This document shows, one piece after another, positions 49,701 to 62,866 of a DNA stretch of 64,000 bases (position 1 is the stretch's first letter; each line of letters begins with the position of its first letter). The stretch is from Bugula neritina (lineage: Eukaryota; Animalia; Bryozoa), in assembly GCA_964035545.1 (NCBI GenBank), contig OZ037766.1, positions 22,122,767 to 22,186,766 of the forward strand, written 5' to 3'. Under the pieces are notes generated by a model that ran no database searches, was not told where the DNA came from, and worked only from the letters and a program-made list of their open reading frames with translations. The position numbers were made by a program, and so were the translations under genes.

Positions 49701-52700
49701 TTGTTAATAGTAGAGATTCTTAGAGTGACTGCCTCATGTCTTCTAGGTTATTTCCTGTACACTCTGCATCCCATCATATCTCAATATAGGTCACTATATA
49801 TTACCAATATAGGTCACTATATATTACCAATATAGCTCACTATATATTACCAATATAGGTCGCTATGTATTACCAATATAGGCCACTATATATTACCAAT
49901 ATAGGCCACTATATATTACCAATATAGGCCACTGTATATTACCAATATAGGCCACTGTATATTACCAATATAGGTCACTATATATTACCAATATAGGTCA
50001 CTATGTATTACCAATATAGGTCACTATGTATTACCAATATAGGTCACTATATATTGCCAATATAGGTCACTATATATTACCAATATAGCTCACTATATAT
50101 TACCAATATAGGTCACTCTAAGGCTAATGTTAGGAACAGTGGCAGAGTGCCCAGTACTTACAGTACTGATAGTAAAGATAGCGTTGACAGCGCAGAAAAG
50201 GAAAAGGAGAAGAAGGCAGATGGCCCTGTCATAGAACTCAATCAAACGGTAATTATCTTTAGAAGTCAGGCATAGTAGGAAATTACATCACAGCGACATA
50301 GTTTTATTATGAAATATTACATGGCAGTTTAGGTTGTAGACTGCATGGTTTGAATGACTACGTGGTTTTTATAGTACAGATAATATTTTTACCTGCAAGT
50401 TACTAAAATGTTTCTTCACATGGACCACTTCAACCTACTATCAAAGGCTTATTGAAGTAGATGTGCTTTTATGTGCATTGCTGCTCTTTTTGTGTGCTCA
50501 TGTGTTTCTATCCTGTTCATGTTCCCCTCTCTTAAACTGTGTTTTTACACCCCATCATTTTATGTCTCCTGCAATTTTATTAGCCCAGGCTTTTTTATTT
50601 CCAAAAGTTTATATACACCAAAATTCCATGAATATCTTCACATTTAATGTATCCTGCAATTATTTGTACTAACCTATTATTGTGTATATCCACATACTTC
50701 TGTATGCCTGTGGTTACATCATTGGTATATTCAATCCTGCAATATATATGTGTGTATGTGTATGTATATATATTATAACTTCTAACATTTTAACTCAATC
50801 TGTGGACAGCAGCTGGTTTAGATTTTTCCCCTCGTCGATACCGAATAGAGCATTGTGAGCCACACCCCCACTAACGTACAGGGTGTGCTGATTCAAGTCC
50901 AGAGCTCCAGCTGCTCCAGGATTTGATTGAATCTTTTTTAGATAATTCCAATTTAATTCTCTCTATATATAAGATACATTTGAAAGTAAAAAAGTTTTTG
51001 TTATAACTAATAGTTACACTAAATAATGATTTTTCTACTTTCAAGTATATCTTATGTAAATGCTCTAGTACAGCATATAACTGTTCATACTGTTTTATGT
51101 TTATACATGTATGGAATAGCATTGTTGTCAATATGCACCTCTTCAACCCACAGGTATACACACCTGCTGTCAGCAGTCAGCTATATTTAAACTTTGTAAA
51201 CTATTATAATTGATAATGATCTCATGCATTGTGTTCTACATTTGTCAAGCAACCTAGTCTCTAAGAAAACCCAAAATGCGGAATATTGTTGCGCAGCTCA
51301 CCAAGTGTTTGATTAATATAACTAGGAAATATATTTGTTATTGAATTGTCATGGATTTGGGTAGAGGGATAAGGTCTGTTTAAATTGTCTCTAAAGCTGC
51401 CTGCAGCTATATTCTTGAAGAAGACAACTCTTAATAAGCTATTCCTGTTTACCTACAGTGTTTATAGTTCTTTATTAAAAGTAGCTGTGAAACACGGATA
51501 ATTCCTGGTGGCTTGAGCTGAACCATGTCTGCCTACTCTCACACTTTAAAAAATGTTATTTATTTTCTGCTTTAATTATTTGATACACTTTTCAAAATTA
51601 CTATACAAATATTTTCTTACATTGAAGTTTAACAATTTAATTAGACTTGAATTAAACCAGTAAAATTTTGGCATGCTATGAGATTGTCTTCTCTAACCCC
51701 AGAACTATCTGACAACTCCAGCTATGCTCTCTGACGAGGAGGAAACATTTACTATTGTTAAAGAAAGTTTTGCAAAGTTTAACCTTATGATTAGTGTTGT
51801 ACAAGTTATAAGCTGAACGGCAGAGGTGTTGGTTTTACTTATAACCTTGGATTACTACACCAGCTTTTTTGCATTGACAAATATTGTTTTAGGCAAAGAC
51901 GCCATCCAACCGTTTAGTGCAATGGGTAACCAAATCTTTAACTTTGTTTACATTACAGCCTTCCTCTCCTCAAAGCTACCTTTAACCTGTTCTCTCTGTT
52001 TACTAGCCTTAGCACCTCGTTCGTGAAATTTGTGCCTGTGCGAGGGTGACTACACAAATCAAATTGACTTTCAATAATGATAATTTTAGTGTGGGTTTGA
52101 AATTGTTAATTATGATATAAATTTGAGTGGGTTTGAGTTCCACCCATCACCTTTACTCTTAGGCGTGGTTGCTAAGGCTATTGTTTACCGGTTTTTATAG
52201 ATTTAAACATTTTGTCTGCGATGAGTCTCTGCATGCCTGCTAGCACTTTGCAATAATGGTTGGTTACCTCTGGGAATTTCTAGGGAGGAATAAGCCTGTT
52301 AACTTTTTTTCTTTCATATTCAGCTTCTTTTTATTTAAGTTTTATTCATGACTTGATATTATACCAGTTGGTGATATTTATCTCGTGCTTTGAAATTTAA
52401 TTGCTCGTTTTTAATTTACTGTTTGCTTGCATTGTCAGGTAATGGGATGCATTTATATATATCAAGTTGTTGGCCTCCAATATACAGGTTTTGCATGCAT
52501 ACGTGGCAAGAGTAAAGTTATGCTTTGCATGGGTTTGTTGGTAAATCTGAGTTTATTTGGTTATATAAATCCTTTGGAGTATTGGTCAGCATACCATTAG
52601 TTGGGATACAATCTCCTAGACTTAGGGGATTGTAGGTTAAGTATCAATAACATGGGTATATATTGTGTAGAACTGATGCTGTTGTTATTCAGCCATATAC

Positions 52701-54373
52701 TATGTATGTATGTATTCTTTCTGCTAGAAATGATTGCATGGGTGTTCCTATTATGATTGAAGATTGTGTATGCCCCTTATAATAGACATGTTGATGTACA
52801 TTTTGACCATTACACTTGAGTAACCAAGTGGCCTGCATAAACACTTGCAGTTATTATGTGTATGAATTTTGTAGTTGACATCTGCACGTCCCCCAAGGCC
52901 AGAGTCAAAGGTTGCCAGCAAAAGTCGACCTTCCAGTGGTAAATCCAAGCTGCATCACCAGCTCTCTCTTCCTAATTTCTCGGCTGCTGATAATAACCAA
53001 CTGTCTTCTATCAATATAGGCTCTCAGGGCGGCACTGTCTCAGGTTCTGTAGCCCCCACCCTTCAACTCACCTCTAATGTTTATGTAGAATCTCCACTAG
53101 CCATTCTTCCAGAGGAGTCACCTAAAAAAGTACTCAGATCCCATTCAGTACGGGGCGTTTTCACCTCCCCTGAACCTGAGATAGGGCTTAGACCTAACTC
53201 TCACAGCTCTGTCACTAGTGGTGGCGATTGCTCTGCTACAAATGCTATGGGTTAGTTCTGCTTCCTTGACCGTTTTACTCACACTACACCGAAGTCAATA
53301 ATTCTGTTTACTTCTATTTGTTTAAAATTATCCCACTATAATATCTTTCTATTTTTAAGCTTGCCTTTATAGATTCATTATGTTTTCCTTTATTTCTGGT
53401 GAAAGTTATACAAAACTGTTTTATGCACAACATTTCAGTGTCATTATGCTGAAGTGATATAGTCTCATTGCGAAATGCTGTCAGGGATTGCTAGGTTGGA
53501 GTTGGAGCTGTAAATTGCATGGTTTAAACTATAAATTAGGCTCTATGCTAGTCAATGCTAATATTGGGTTGATTTTGGTGATTACCTGGTGAAATAATGT
53601 TTTGGTAAATGTTAAATGTCAAACTGAAGCTGTGACCTGGTGTGGGTGGTGGTGCTCAACTGTAGCTTGACATTGATCATATCTTAAAATTTAGTAAAAG
53701 GTGATGGGAATTTGTTGTGTATGCTGATTTAGCATTTAACACCATATTGTATGTGTTGGTCCTATTTATTGACCTTGTTTCAGGTTATAACGCCAGCCTT
53801 AGGTGGGAAAGTACAGCTAGCCTTACTGTGAATGACTCATTTGATGATGCTTCAGAGAGTGTTACCTGTAGTACCCCAACTTCAGCTATATCCACTCCAA
53901 ATAGAGTCTCGGCTATATCAGATACTCTATCCAATAGCAGGCAACGTGCTAGCTCACCAGTAGTCAAGTCAAATAATGAGACGTCTTCAGGGCCACCCCC
54001 ACTGCCTCGCAAACAGAGTCAGTTAGACACCACTGACTCTACATACATGTCTCCACACAGTGTGCGGATGAGGAAACACTCTCACAAAGGATTGGTTAGT
54101 TTACTACGCATTCTACTCTTCAACGGCAATGTGCTGCAGTGTGGCACATGAAGTCACTGGGACTAATAAATCGCCTTTGGTGATGAAATAATAAATTGTA
54201 GTGTTGAACTATGCTTGTTGCAATCAGATTTCATGTGTTGAGGTTGTGTTTGGGTGTACTTTTAGCCGGCTCCTGCATTACCACCGTCCAAAACTGCCCA
54301 GTTACAGAGTGACCTTCCACCTGCTCTACCTGAAAAGAGGGCTTCAGTAGGAACTCGGTCTAATGATAGTTGA
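25721..54373 (+). CDS. DOCK1: Dedicator of cytokinesis, DOCK-A type (DOCK1/DOCK180, myoblast city, CED-5) Rac GEF; ~43 coding exons, ~2025 aa
   Basis: SH3 (exons 25721-25757, 26949-27038, 27777-27873: [18 protein letters not shown]). [14 protein letters not shown]1/C2 ([27 protein letters not shown]), [38 protein letters not shown]2 ([49 protein letters not shown]). C-terminal PPPLPRK and PPALPEK motifs. Exon phases chain to a TGA at 54371-54373. Confidence 0.96.
27935..28355. repeat. Compound (GTA/GCA)n trinucleotide repeat in a DOCK intron
   Basis: ~420 bp of GTA/GCA/ACA triplets; source of the poly-L, poly-T/A and poly-V ORFs. Confidence 0.95.
32637..32715. repeat. 16-bp minisatellite (TTTGTTGYCATAGCGA-like, ~5 copies) starting at a splice donor
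   Basis: Repeat visible directly after the exon ending at 32636. Confidence 0.85.
34612..34832. repeat. 24-bp minisatellite (CTAGTACCTCAACCACAGTTATTA-like)
   Basis: About 9 degenerate copies; source of the VVEVLVIT repeat ORF on the minus strand. Confidence 0.88.
36820..37140 (+). repeat. Degenerate AT-rich minisatellite whose units contain ATATTACAG, ending at the acceptor of the exon at 37132
   Basis: Repeated (A)TATTACAG|GT or |AT units. Confidence 0.7.
38000..38039 (-). mobile_element. 40-bp 5'-truncated non-LTR retroposon insertion with 15-bp TSD
   Basis: GC-rich 40-mer flanked by TATGTCATAAAATAA at 37985-37999 and 38040-38054. Confidence 0.7.
44031..44103 (+). tRNA. tRNA-Lys-CTT: tRNA-Lys(CTT), intact, inside a DOCK intron
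   Basis: 73 nt GCCCGGG...CTCGGGCG with a paired acceptor stem, anticodon loop CTCTTAA, B box GGTTCGAGCCC and a downstream T-run terminator. Confidence 0.96.
44835..45332. repeat. Degenerate TATACATACACTTAC minisatellite (~16-20-bp units)
   Basis: Fills most of the intron 44822-45387; source of the H/T/Y/I/L-rich ORFs. Confidence 0.92.
46175..46392 (-). mobile_element. tRNA-derived SINE (~218 bp) with 14-bp TSD
   Basis: TSD ATTTAATTCAAGTA at 46161-46174 and 46393-46406. The minus-strand head has an A box (TGGTCTAAGGG), a Thr-like loop CTAGTAA and a B-box-like GGTTTGAGCC. Confidence 0.8.
46745..46989 (+). other. U12-type (minor spliceosome) GT-AG intron in the DOCK gene
   Basis: 5' site GTATCCTTT, branch point TTCCTTAAC at 46969-46977, AG 12 nt later with no polypyrimidine tract. 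Removal restores [13 protein letters not shown]. Confidence 0.93.
49783..50117 (+). repeat. 23-bp minisatellite GTCACTATATATTACCAATATAG x14 spanning a splice acceptor
   Basis: First AG ends at 49789 and last at 50111; the distance is 322 = 14 x 23. Confidence 0.95.
50795..50930. mobile_element. MITE-like element with imperfect terminal inverted repeats; a related end occurs at ~17568-17590
   Basis: TCAATCTGTGGACAGCAGCTGG...CCAGCTGCTCCAGGATTTGATTGA. CTGTGGACAGCAGCTG is also present near 17574. Confidence 0.45.
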
Positions 54374-55494
54374 TGCATTTCGCTGGAGATTAAGAACAAC
54401 ATTTTAATATACAGTATTACACAAAGATACATAACTTTATAATATTACACATTAGGTAGAATTTTGAAGTTATCTTTTTCATAAATTACCAGGCATTTCC
54501 TATTTATGTAAAGGCTACGTTTATTCTCACAAAAATAAGAACTTTGTAACCTATACTAAATTATGCACTGTTTTTCACCTCAAACATTATTATGTAATTT
54601 GTATCGTATCGTCAGTCGCTTTCATTTTTTATATTGATGTTTTTATTTTGAGGTGCTACACAGGTATATAAAGTTTTATATTGTATTGCTACACTTTGAT
54701 ACGGCGTATATAATATTAAGTTTTGGTATATAAAAATACAATCTTGTATGTAGTGTTCAGTGAACATTGTGCATAAGTATGATATAATAGCTAGTATAAT
54801 TAGTGCCTAATAACCATATATTCTTCTGGACTCGATATTTTACTAATGCAAGTTGTATTTCATTATATAATTACTGGTGTCAATATAACAACCCACAATC
54901 AACCCTCTGTCTGAGTCTAGCAAACCCTGTGTGTTTAAATGTTTTCAGAATATTAAATAATAAACTCAAGGATATCATATATATTCCAGTCATTTTTAGA
55001 AAGGAAACCTGATTTTCAGCAGAACTGATGGAACTGAATATTATGCACATGTGTTTGTCAGTTGTGTTTAGTCTTCTTTTGACCAATTAAATACTGGATT
55101 GTATATTTCATCAACAAATTGTCCACACCTAATGTTGACTGTTTCATGTAGCAATCTGCTGTATAATTCAGCTAAAAGTGTGCTTTAATTAATGTTTTGA
55201 GGAATTCCTGCTTATTGTTGATACTAATTATAACATAGCCAGTGTTGAATTAATTCTATGCATCGGCTGTCAACATTTTCAGCAAATTTTCGGTACCTAT
55301 GTTTTCAACATTGTAGCTAGTAATATACAATATGCTGAAACTATGCTACATAGCCTGTTTTGTGCATGTAGAAGTATGTTTTTAGTTTTCTTTCTTTGTA
55401 ACTTTTTTTGTATTTGCATTTATTTAAAAGATGAATATATGCTGCATTTTATTGTTAGACAACATACTTTTTATGCTACAAAATTTAACTAAAA

Positions 55495-56130
55495 TAGGGG
55501 TGGGCAACTGGGGCCCCCAGGGCCACCTGTGACCCTTAGCCCATTTTTCAGTGGCCCTTTTAATGCTCAAGTGACTTAAATCACTTTATTATACTAAAAT
55601 TTAATACAAACACATCAATTTGTACGTGTAGTCACACCAATGCAGACAAAGATCATAAATTATTTTCCTTCTCTACAAATGGGGAAATTTTCTATTGGAA
55701 ATTTTTAAATCACTTATATTAGTTACTACAGGGAGCAGCCAGGGTTTAGGTGTTCAAACATCAGGGAAGGTCAGTGGTCATGCTAGGAAAAGCATCTAGT
55801 CATAATTGCTCCTGTACCACATACGAATATATGTACTTAGCCCGATTTCAAAAAGCCTTCTCACCAGGGAATCCCACAGGTTTAGTGACTATAAACTTAT
55901 GTGTGAGTTTCTTATACAATATAGACTGCCTTCATTTTTAGAATATAACCAAAGACATCTACAGAGACATTTGACAATATGGTTTTGACATCAGTAGACA
56001 GGAAAAACAGATCTACTAAGAAGTTCTTCTTTTATGAAATAGTAAATAAACCAGTGTGCCTAATCTGTTCTAAGACAATATATATAAACCGACAATCAAA
56101 CCTCGTCAGACATAACGTGTGACGGATGCA
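55495..56130 (+). mobile_element. hAT (Charlie/Buster-like) DNA transposon fossil, 5' end
   Basis: Terminus TAGGGGTGGGCAACTGGGGCCC..GGGCC resembles Charlie-type ends. 56022-56130 translates as KFFFYEIVNKPVCLICSKTIYINRQSNLVRHNV*RMH, resembling the N-terminal zinc finger of these transposases. Confidence 0.75.
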
Positions 56131-58802
56131 TAACATAATTATAAAATTGTTTGTAATTATCAAGTTACACTATCTACGTTGCACAGCAATGTTGGTTCTC
56201 CATCATCCTTTTTATGATCTTTGTTTTTGGACTTTTCTTGACACGGAGTTATCTTACTTAAAATTTGGTTAGACAACTCTGTAAGGTTTTCAGAAGACGT
56301 TTGTAAAATCAGGCTACGATACGATCATTGTCAATAATGTAATAATTATTATGAAGGAAAACCCAAAACAGACCAAAAACTGAAAATCTCACTCTGTTCC
56401 TGTAAGTTGTAATTTGAAGCTGTAAGTCACCATGCAGTGGCGATAGCCACAATAGCTATAAGTAGTATAAGAAAAGTAAATTTTTTGTTTTATGCTTATT
56501 ACTATTAGCCTAAACCATTGTGATTGTGATTGTAAATTTGTAATTATATTTATTGTCAGTCTCAGTCTGACTCTGAGTCTTAGTAGCTCTCTTACTCTTA
56601 CACTTGGTCTTACACTTACAGTCTTAGTCTTACTCTTGTTCTACTTCTAGTACTCGACTAGTAGTACTAGTGACTTGTGTACAGTCACAGTGTACTACTA
56701 GTAGTTCTACTTCTAGTCGAGCTCAATATCAAATAATATTAATTTAAATTATCAATGAATTTCATATGAATATCAGATTCTGTTAACGCTCTACTTTCTT
56801 ATAGTTATACTACTCACTCTTAGTACTTAGTCTCACAGTTACTGTTAGACGTACTCTTGGAGTTAGACTTAGTGTTACTACTTCAAATTAGAGTTACACT
56901 TACTGTGGCCGTACTCGTAGGTAGTGGTACTTAAAGTCAGAGAGAGACTGAGAGTCAGTATTGACTTAGTCTTCAAGTTTATTTAATTTTATGAGTTATG
57001 ACGGTCTTAGTTTTACAGTTGCTCTTATTCTTAGTCTTAGTCTTATTAGACTGATACTTATGAGTTGTGACCTATACTTATGCAGGTTATACATATAGTT
57101 ATACTTGTAGTCTATACTCATACTGAGTGTTATAGACACTTCCACTTGTATCTTATAGTTATACTTATAGCCTATAAGGATTAGGCTATAGTTAGCTATA
57201 ATTACTGGTATTACTCTAACTCTTTGTGCTTATTGCCTATGGCTGGCCCTATAAAGTATGAGGCTATAAACTTAGCCATCTTTATCTTATCAGATATTTT
57301 TAATCACAATGACTGATGGTCATTGCAGTTGCAGTTAATGTTATCATGATTTATAATTATAAATTACTGAGTCCCGAGTACAGTTTCAGCCGTTTCTACT
57401 CAATTATTATTACTAGCCTGTGTATAATCTCTTAACTTAGACTTTGAGTAAAAGTTACTGAAGCTGTCTCTAATCTAATGATTTTTATTTATTATAATAC
57501 TGACTATCAATCATGAAGAGAAGATCTAGTATAATAATACTCATTTTTTTGTATAACAATATTTGAAAAGTAAGTAGGAATACTAGCATGAATGTAAGTA
57601 ATAAGATTCTTTTTGTAGATTTTGTTATGGCTTTGACTATTAGTGTTTAAGTATTGAATTAAATATTCACATGAATAACCCAAGCACAAGCTAACAGAAT
57701 ATTAACAGAGACTAATTTGGTCTGAATAACTTTCTGGAAGTTACTGGAGTTACTAGTCAACATATTCAAGTCCATGTGTTTTTAATGCCTAAAAATAAAT
57801 GGCTATAAGTAGAACAATCAAATTTAATGATGAATAATTATCATAATTCTGGCCATATCATTAGTAAAGTTTGTACTGTTAGTGAGAGTCACAGGGTTGT
57901 GGTAGAGTCTGGAGAATGAATGTTGGGCTTCAGTTCTAATTACTCAAGTTGTCTTGGTTGATTTAATTGCAATGAAGAATAAAATCTGTCTCATAATTAA
58001 TAGTTCATGATGTGTTTATTCTCAATTTCTTAGCTATGTTGAAAACTTTTTTCTTCAATTTCATCCAACTTTGTTATTCGTTGCTTCGAGTTTATAATTA
58101 TGGTTCATTCATGTCTTTGGAATTCAGTATTCTTTTTGATGATAATACAGAAATTTTTCTAATTTTCATTTACATTAGCAATTTAAAGAGTTGTTAAGGC
58201 TGCAGGCTGGTTTGTTGAGCCTTTATTTTAGTGAATGGTTGTGAGTGAGAAGTTGTTTGTGGAATGAAGCCAGCGTAATTCAGACTCGGGAGCTAAACAA
58301 ACTCCAAGCATCCTCATTTCTATTCTTGAAGGAGTTGATAATGACTTTAGACATAGTAAATATGATAAAGAATGAAACTTAAAACAGAATTCAAAATCAA
58401 ATTTTGAGCTTCACTTGATATAATATAAGTTGGAAAGAGATAGATCCAAGTACTGTTATTTAATGTGAGCCATGCTTGCCCCCCCCACCCCGTTGAATTT
58501 AGTAGTAGTAGTAGTAGTAGTAGTTTGAAGTGTTTAGTGTATTGGTGAATGTTCTGTTAACGCAGAGCAGAGACAGTTGAGCAAATTTAACTCTCAAAGT
58601 CTGAGGTAATTAAACTTTTTTCAGTGATAGCTTTAGTGCTGCCCTTACTTGAAGCTTGTAACACACTATTAGGTACTCTGGAAATGCCTTAAACTTTCAG
58701 AACTGATAACAGCTATGTCTATGGTTGGTAATACATCTAATCTATTGTTGTTCTTTCAGAAACAAAGATCCTTTCCATTTTATTATTTAATTTCCTTTCA
58801 TA

Positions 58803-61545
58803 ATGGGCCTGTTTGGCAAGACTAAGGCACCAGATCCCAAGGAAGCGGTAAGCTGTAGCATGTAACTAAATAACCAGTTGCTTCTTTTACTGAGACTGAA
58901 TGAATTTTAAAATACAGTAGTTGCAAAAATGCTTCAAGGTGATAATAGTAAAATATGATTTTCAGGTACAACACTGGACATCTGCGATTCGGAAAGAGGG
59001 GTTCAAGCTGGACAGAAATATTAACCGTTAGTAAATCACTGCAGCAAACATTTGTGTGTCTTCTTTTATTTCACCGTTTGAAACCTGTTTATAAGTTTAT
59101 TGAACTTGATAAAATAAATTATCAACTATTTAATAATACTTTAGTTCCTCCATAATCATAAACAAGTAATTTTATAGTACTGTAACAGTAAAAAATAGAC
59201 TCAAGGTATTATTCTTAAGCTTTTATTTTATTGTCTATTTGTTTGTTTTATTAGTTTTAAAAAGTATTCGTATTAGTGTTTGCTCTACAGAGATCAAGCG
59301 AGAGGAAGAGAAGGTTAAGAGATCATTGAAAGATGCCGCCAAGAAAGGTCACACAGATGTATGTAAAGTTTTGGCTAAAGAAATAGTCAACTCAAGGAAG
59401 GCACAGAACAAGTTGCATGCAGCAAAGGCACACATGAACAGTGTACAGATGCAAATGAAAAATCAGCTAGGTGGGTTAATCTAAATATCTCTACTGTTGA
59501 AAAATGTTATATGTAAATCAGTTAAATTGATGCTATTATATCATGGCTTATAAAACGATTATATGATAATATAAAGTAGTTTGCGTAAAAATAAAAATTA
59601 TATATATATATATGAGATTTTTTTTCTTTTTTACATTACATGTATATGTGTAATACATAAACCAGTTTATGTATATACATAAGCATACACATATGCATAT
59701 ACATGCTATTGAACTTTCAAATTATCATCATTAATATTGCATCAAAAATACTTTAATTTTATTTTCAAGAATTGCAATAATTACTCAACTTTCCTATTAC
59801 TGCTCCACAACAACACCTTTTGTTTATAAGAAAAAAAATATTAACCGAAATCTCGCTTAATACCCTTTATACCTGGCAATCAGTACACCAGAAAAGCCAT
59901 TTCAGTAGTATTTCTCTGCTTTGAATGGGAGGAAATTAATCCTATAGCATAGTTTGTTAGAAAACAGTTCAACTTAAACGTAACTTAATTAGTTTTTGAT
60001 TGTTATCAAATGTTAGATACTACGAACTAGCATGATATTAATCTCTGTATTCGATTATATTATATATACTTATACATACTTTGTATTATTAAATGGCTGC
60101 TTTTTGCGTCATGGTTTTACCATTATTATTATGTTTTAGCTGTTTTGAGAATATCCGGGGCATTGGAAGCCAGCACCGCTGTCATGTCTTCAATGCAACA
60201 GCTTCTTAAGATTGAAGACGTCAGTGCAACTATGAGAGAACTCTCACAGGAAATGACTAAAGTAAGTTATAACATGACACTGGGTGTAATGTTGTCATTA
60301 CTGTGTGGTAATGTATTACATTGTACTGCTTCAGTCGTCTACTGCTGTAGAATATGTTAGCAACATAATTATACAATGCAAAATATAATAGCATTGATCA
60401 AAAATGTAATTCTATTAGACAACAATTGACACAGTTGAAATCGATTTACAATCCAAGAAGATATTTGTCTAGGAATATATTCAACGTCATATATACTCTA
60501 TTAAAATGTCTCCTGAACTTGCAAGAGATCTATTTTCTTACAACTAATTTGTTTATTTAGCTAAGTTTGTTTTGGTTAGAGCCTCTTTATTGCCTCTGTA
60601 CAACAAGTGCTGCTTCTTGTACTTCATTACATAACTATATTGTTGTTTGAGATGCTGACTCAGTGTTTACATGCAGCCTAGTTCAGTATTACCTCAATGA
60701 AATGTTCCCTACCCCCTGTCTGTTCACCTGATAATTTTACTATCTACAACCTCTCTGAGTCTATGATGTTGCGTCACGTCTCTAACTTGTGTGCACAGGC
60801 TGGTATCATAGAGGAAATGGTTGAAGACACTCTGGAGGATGCACTAGGTGATGACGATGAGCTGGAAGAAGATGTACAGAATGAGGTGGATAAAGTGCTG
60901 TTTGAGTTGACAGCCGGTGAGCTTTATATATTCAGTATTTTTATTTCATTCAATAAAATCATTCTCTGTATTGTCAATAGCTGCTAGTTGCTGAGGCCAG
61001 TCAGAACACACAAATTGGACCAAATTTTCTATTCAGAGATTTTTTAGCCAAAGCTCATAAATTTCAGTTACTTTTCGCTGTCAAATAAAAGTCATTTATT
61101 CAACTTAAAACCTTCTGTTTATTGAACAGCTAACCGTTGTTGTTTGGCAATCTAATTTTCTCAGCAAATTATGCATTGCTGTAAATTGATTTAATTGAAT
61201 ATTATTGCTGATCTAAAATGTCAAAATTGTCATAGCAAAAGATAGGTAGATTCAAAGTGACCAGGTTTTATATTCAAGGATTTCACCATATGAGCTCTGA
61301 CCATTATTGAAAGTTGTTTTCTCTTTGTTTGACATGCCATGTGCTGCTTATTTGATAAGCTCTGCTAAACAGGTAGGAGTTGTCTATTCTTAATAACATT
61401 ACTATTTCTATTCCCAGGTGAGATAGGCAAAGCTCCACTGGCTCACCAGGAATCTCTGCCAGTGCCGAGTGCAGAAGAACCAGCTCCAGACGAAGAAGAA
61501 GATCTCAGTGATATGCGGCAGCGACTTCAAGCCTTGAGGAGCTAA
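58803..61545 (+). CDS. CHMP3: Charged multivesicular body protein 3 (ESCRT-III, VPS24), 6 exons (58803-58847, 58966-59026, 59291-59470, 60140-60261, 60799-60916, 61418-61545), 217 aa
   Basis: MGLFGKT..DPKE, IKREEEKVKRSLKDAAKKG, AAKAHMNSV, ATMRELSQEMTKAGIIEEM, EVDKVLFELTAG, and C-terminal MIM1-type MRQRLQALRS*. 654 nt total, phases consistent. Confidence 0.97.
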
Positions 61546-62201
61546 TTTACGTAACTGTAATATCCAGCTGTGTTACTGTTGATAAAATTTCCTTTTATGA
61601 TGTTCAAATTTTTTGTATTTATAATTTTTGGTAGCAATTATAAAAGTTGTCTACGTAGCAAAATGTGTAATGCTTGCTTTAGTAGATGATTCTTTATCGC
61701 CTTTATAATCTTCAGTTTATATACAAAGTAATCTATATTTTTCAAAAATATTTTTGAAGTACTAAAATTGCAAAGTTACTATTTCGTAATTGTGTAACTA
61801 TTTTTACTTTAAGTTAATGAATCTTTACTTGCGGTATGTATAGCATTTTATTTGTTGAACTAATAAAGTATACTAATACTGAATAGTCTGTTAGCGTGAA
61901 TTTACTGACCTAAAAATGAATTTCTATAGGGTTTTACCAGTAAATTAATTGGCAGCCTATATAATACCCTTCAAAAGTTTTCAACCATTCAGTAACTGTA
62001 TGATGTTCACCATAACGCAGATTGAAATATATACTAGAAGTCTTGGAACTTCCACCAAAACATAAAAACTAGCGTTGGGGAAATGAATATAAATTTTGCC
62101 AGTGTTTACTGTGTAAACACAATAAACCTGTATAATGAATAAGTGGCAAAAACATTATTATAGTATTGAGTTACAGACAACCATAGACTTAGACCGGAGT
62201 C

Positions 62202-62240
62202 CAGGGGTGAGCAACATCTTCAAATCGCCCATTGCAACAT
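62202..62240 (+). mobile_element. Possible hAT-type terminus fragment
   Basis: CAGGGGTGAGCAAC, similar to the end at 55495. Confidence 0.3.
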
Positions 62241-62862
62241 TTTTTGCTGCTGAATGACCAGAAAAAAATGTGTGTGTTCTTTACTTGAACACTGCAAGAT
62301 TTGTGTATCTTTCTGGCACTATAAAGAGCTTGGTTCCTATTTTGATGCATTATTTAATAGAAGCAATTTAGTTAGCAGCTTTTATCCATCAAGTAGAGAA
62401 AGTTCTTGTTTCCATTGAAATTTTTTTTATTGAAGCATACATGGTGATAAAACTAAAAACATGTTTTAACTGAAACGAAAAAAGCTGTAAAACGAAAACA
62501 TTTGGGTATGAGCAAAAGACGATTTTTTTCGTTAAATAATTAGTAAGGTCAAGAAGAAGGCAGTTCTACACAAAAGGTCACTTTGATCCCACAGCACTTT
62601 ACAATAATATATTATTTATGTCCTAGTTTCGTAAATATTCTCATTTGAGTTTAAATTTTTTAACTTTAAAAATAATAACTATAAATTTAATCTAAAAAAT
62701 ATTTCTCACTACTAATTAAAATTTAAATATATTCGAACATGCGGTCGTTAATTCGAAGTTTCAAACTTCCTGTTCCACCAAAGCTAAAAGTTGTCACGGT
62801 TATATTATTACTAATATTGAGATCAAATAAATATTTTTTCGCGTTTAATGTAGCAGTTACAA

Positions 62863-62866
62863 ATGG
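62863..62866 (+). CDS. First coding exon (ATG G) of a gene that continues beyond the window
   Basis: ACAAATGG|GTAAGT downstream of a CpG-rich patch with ETS-like ACTTCCTG (~62730-62845). Confidence 0.5.

Noticed and set aside
49783-50117. CRISPR-like regular array
   Set aside because: Units are contiguous with no unique spacers, there are no cas genes, and the context is eukaryotic.
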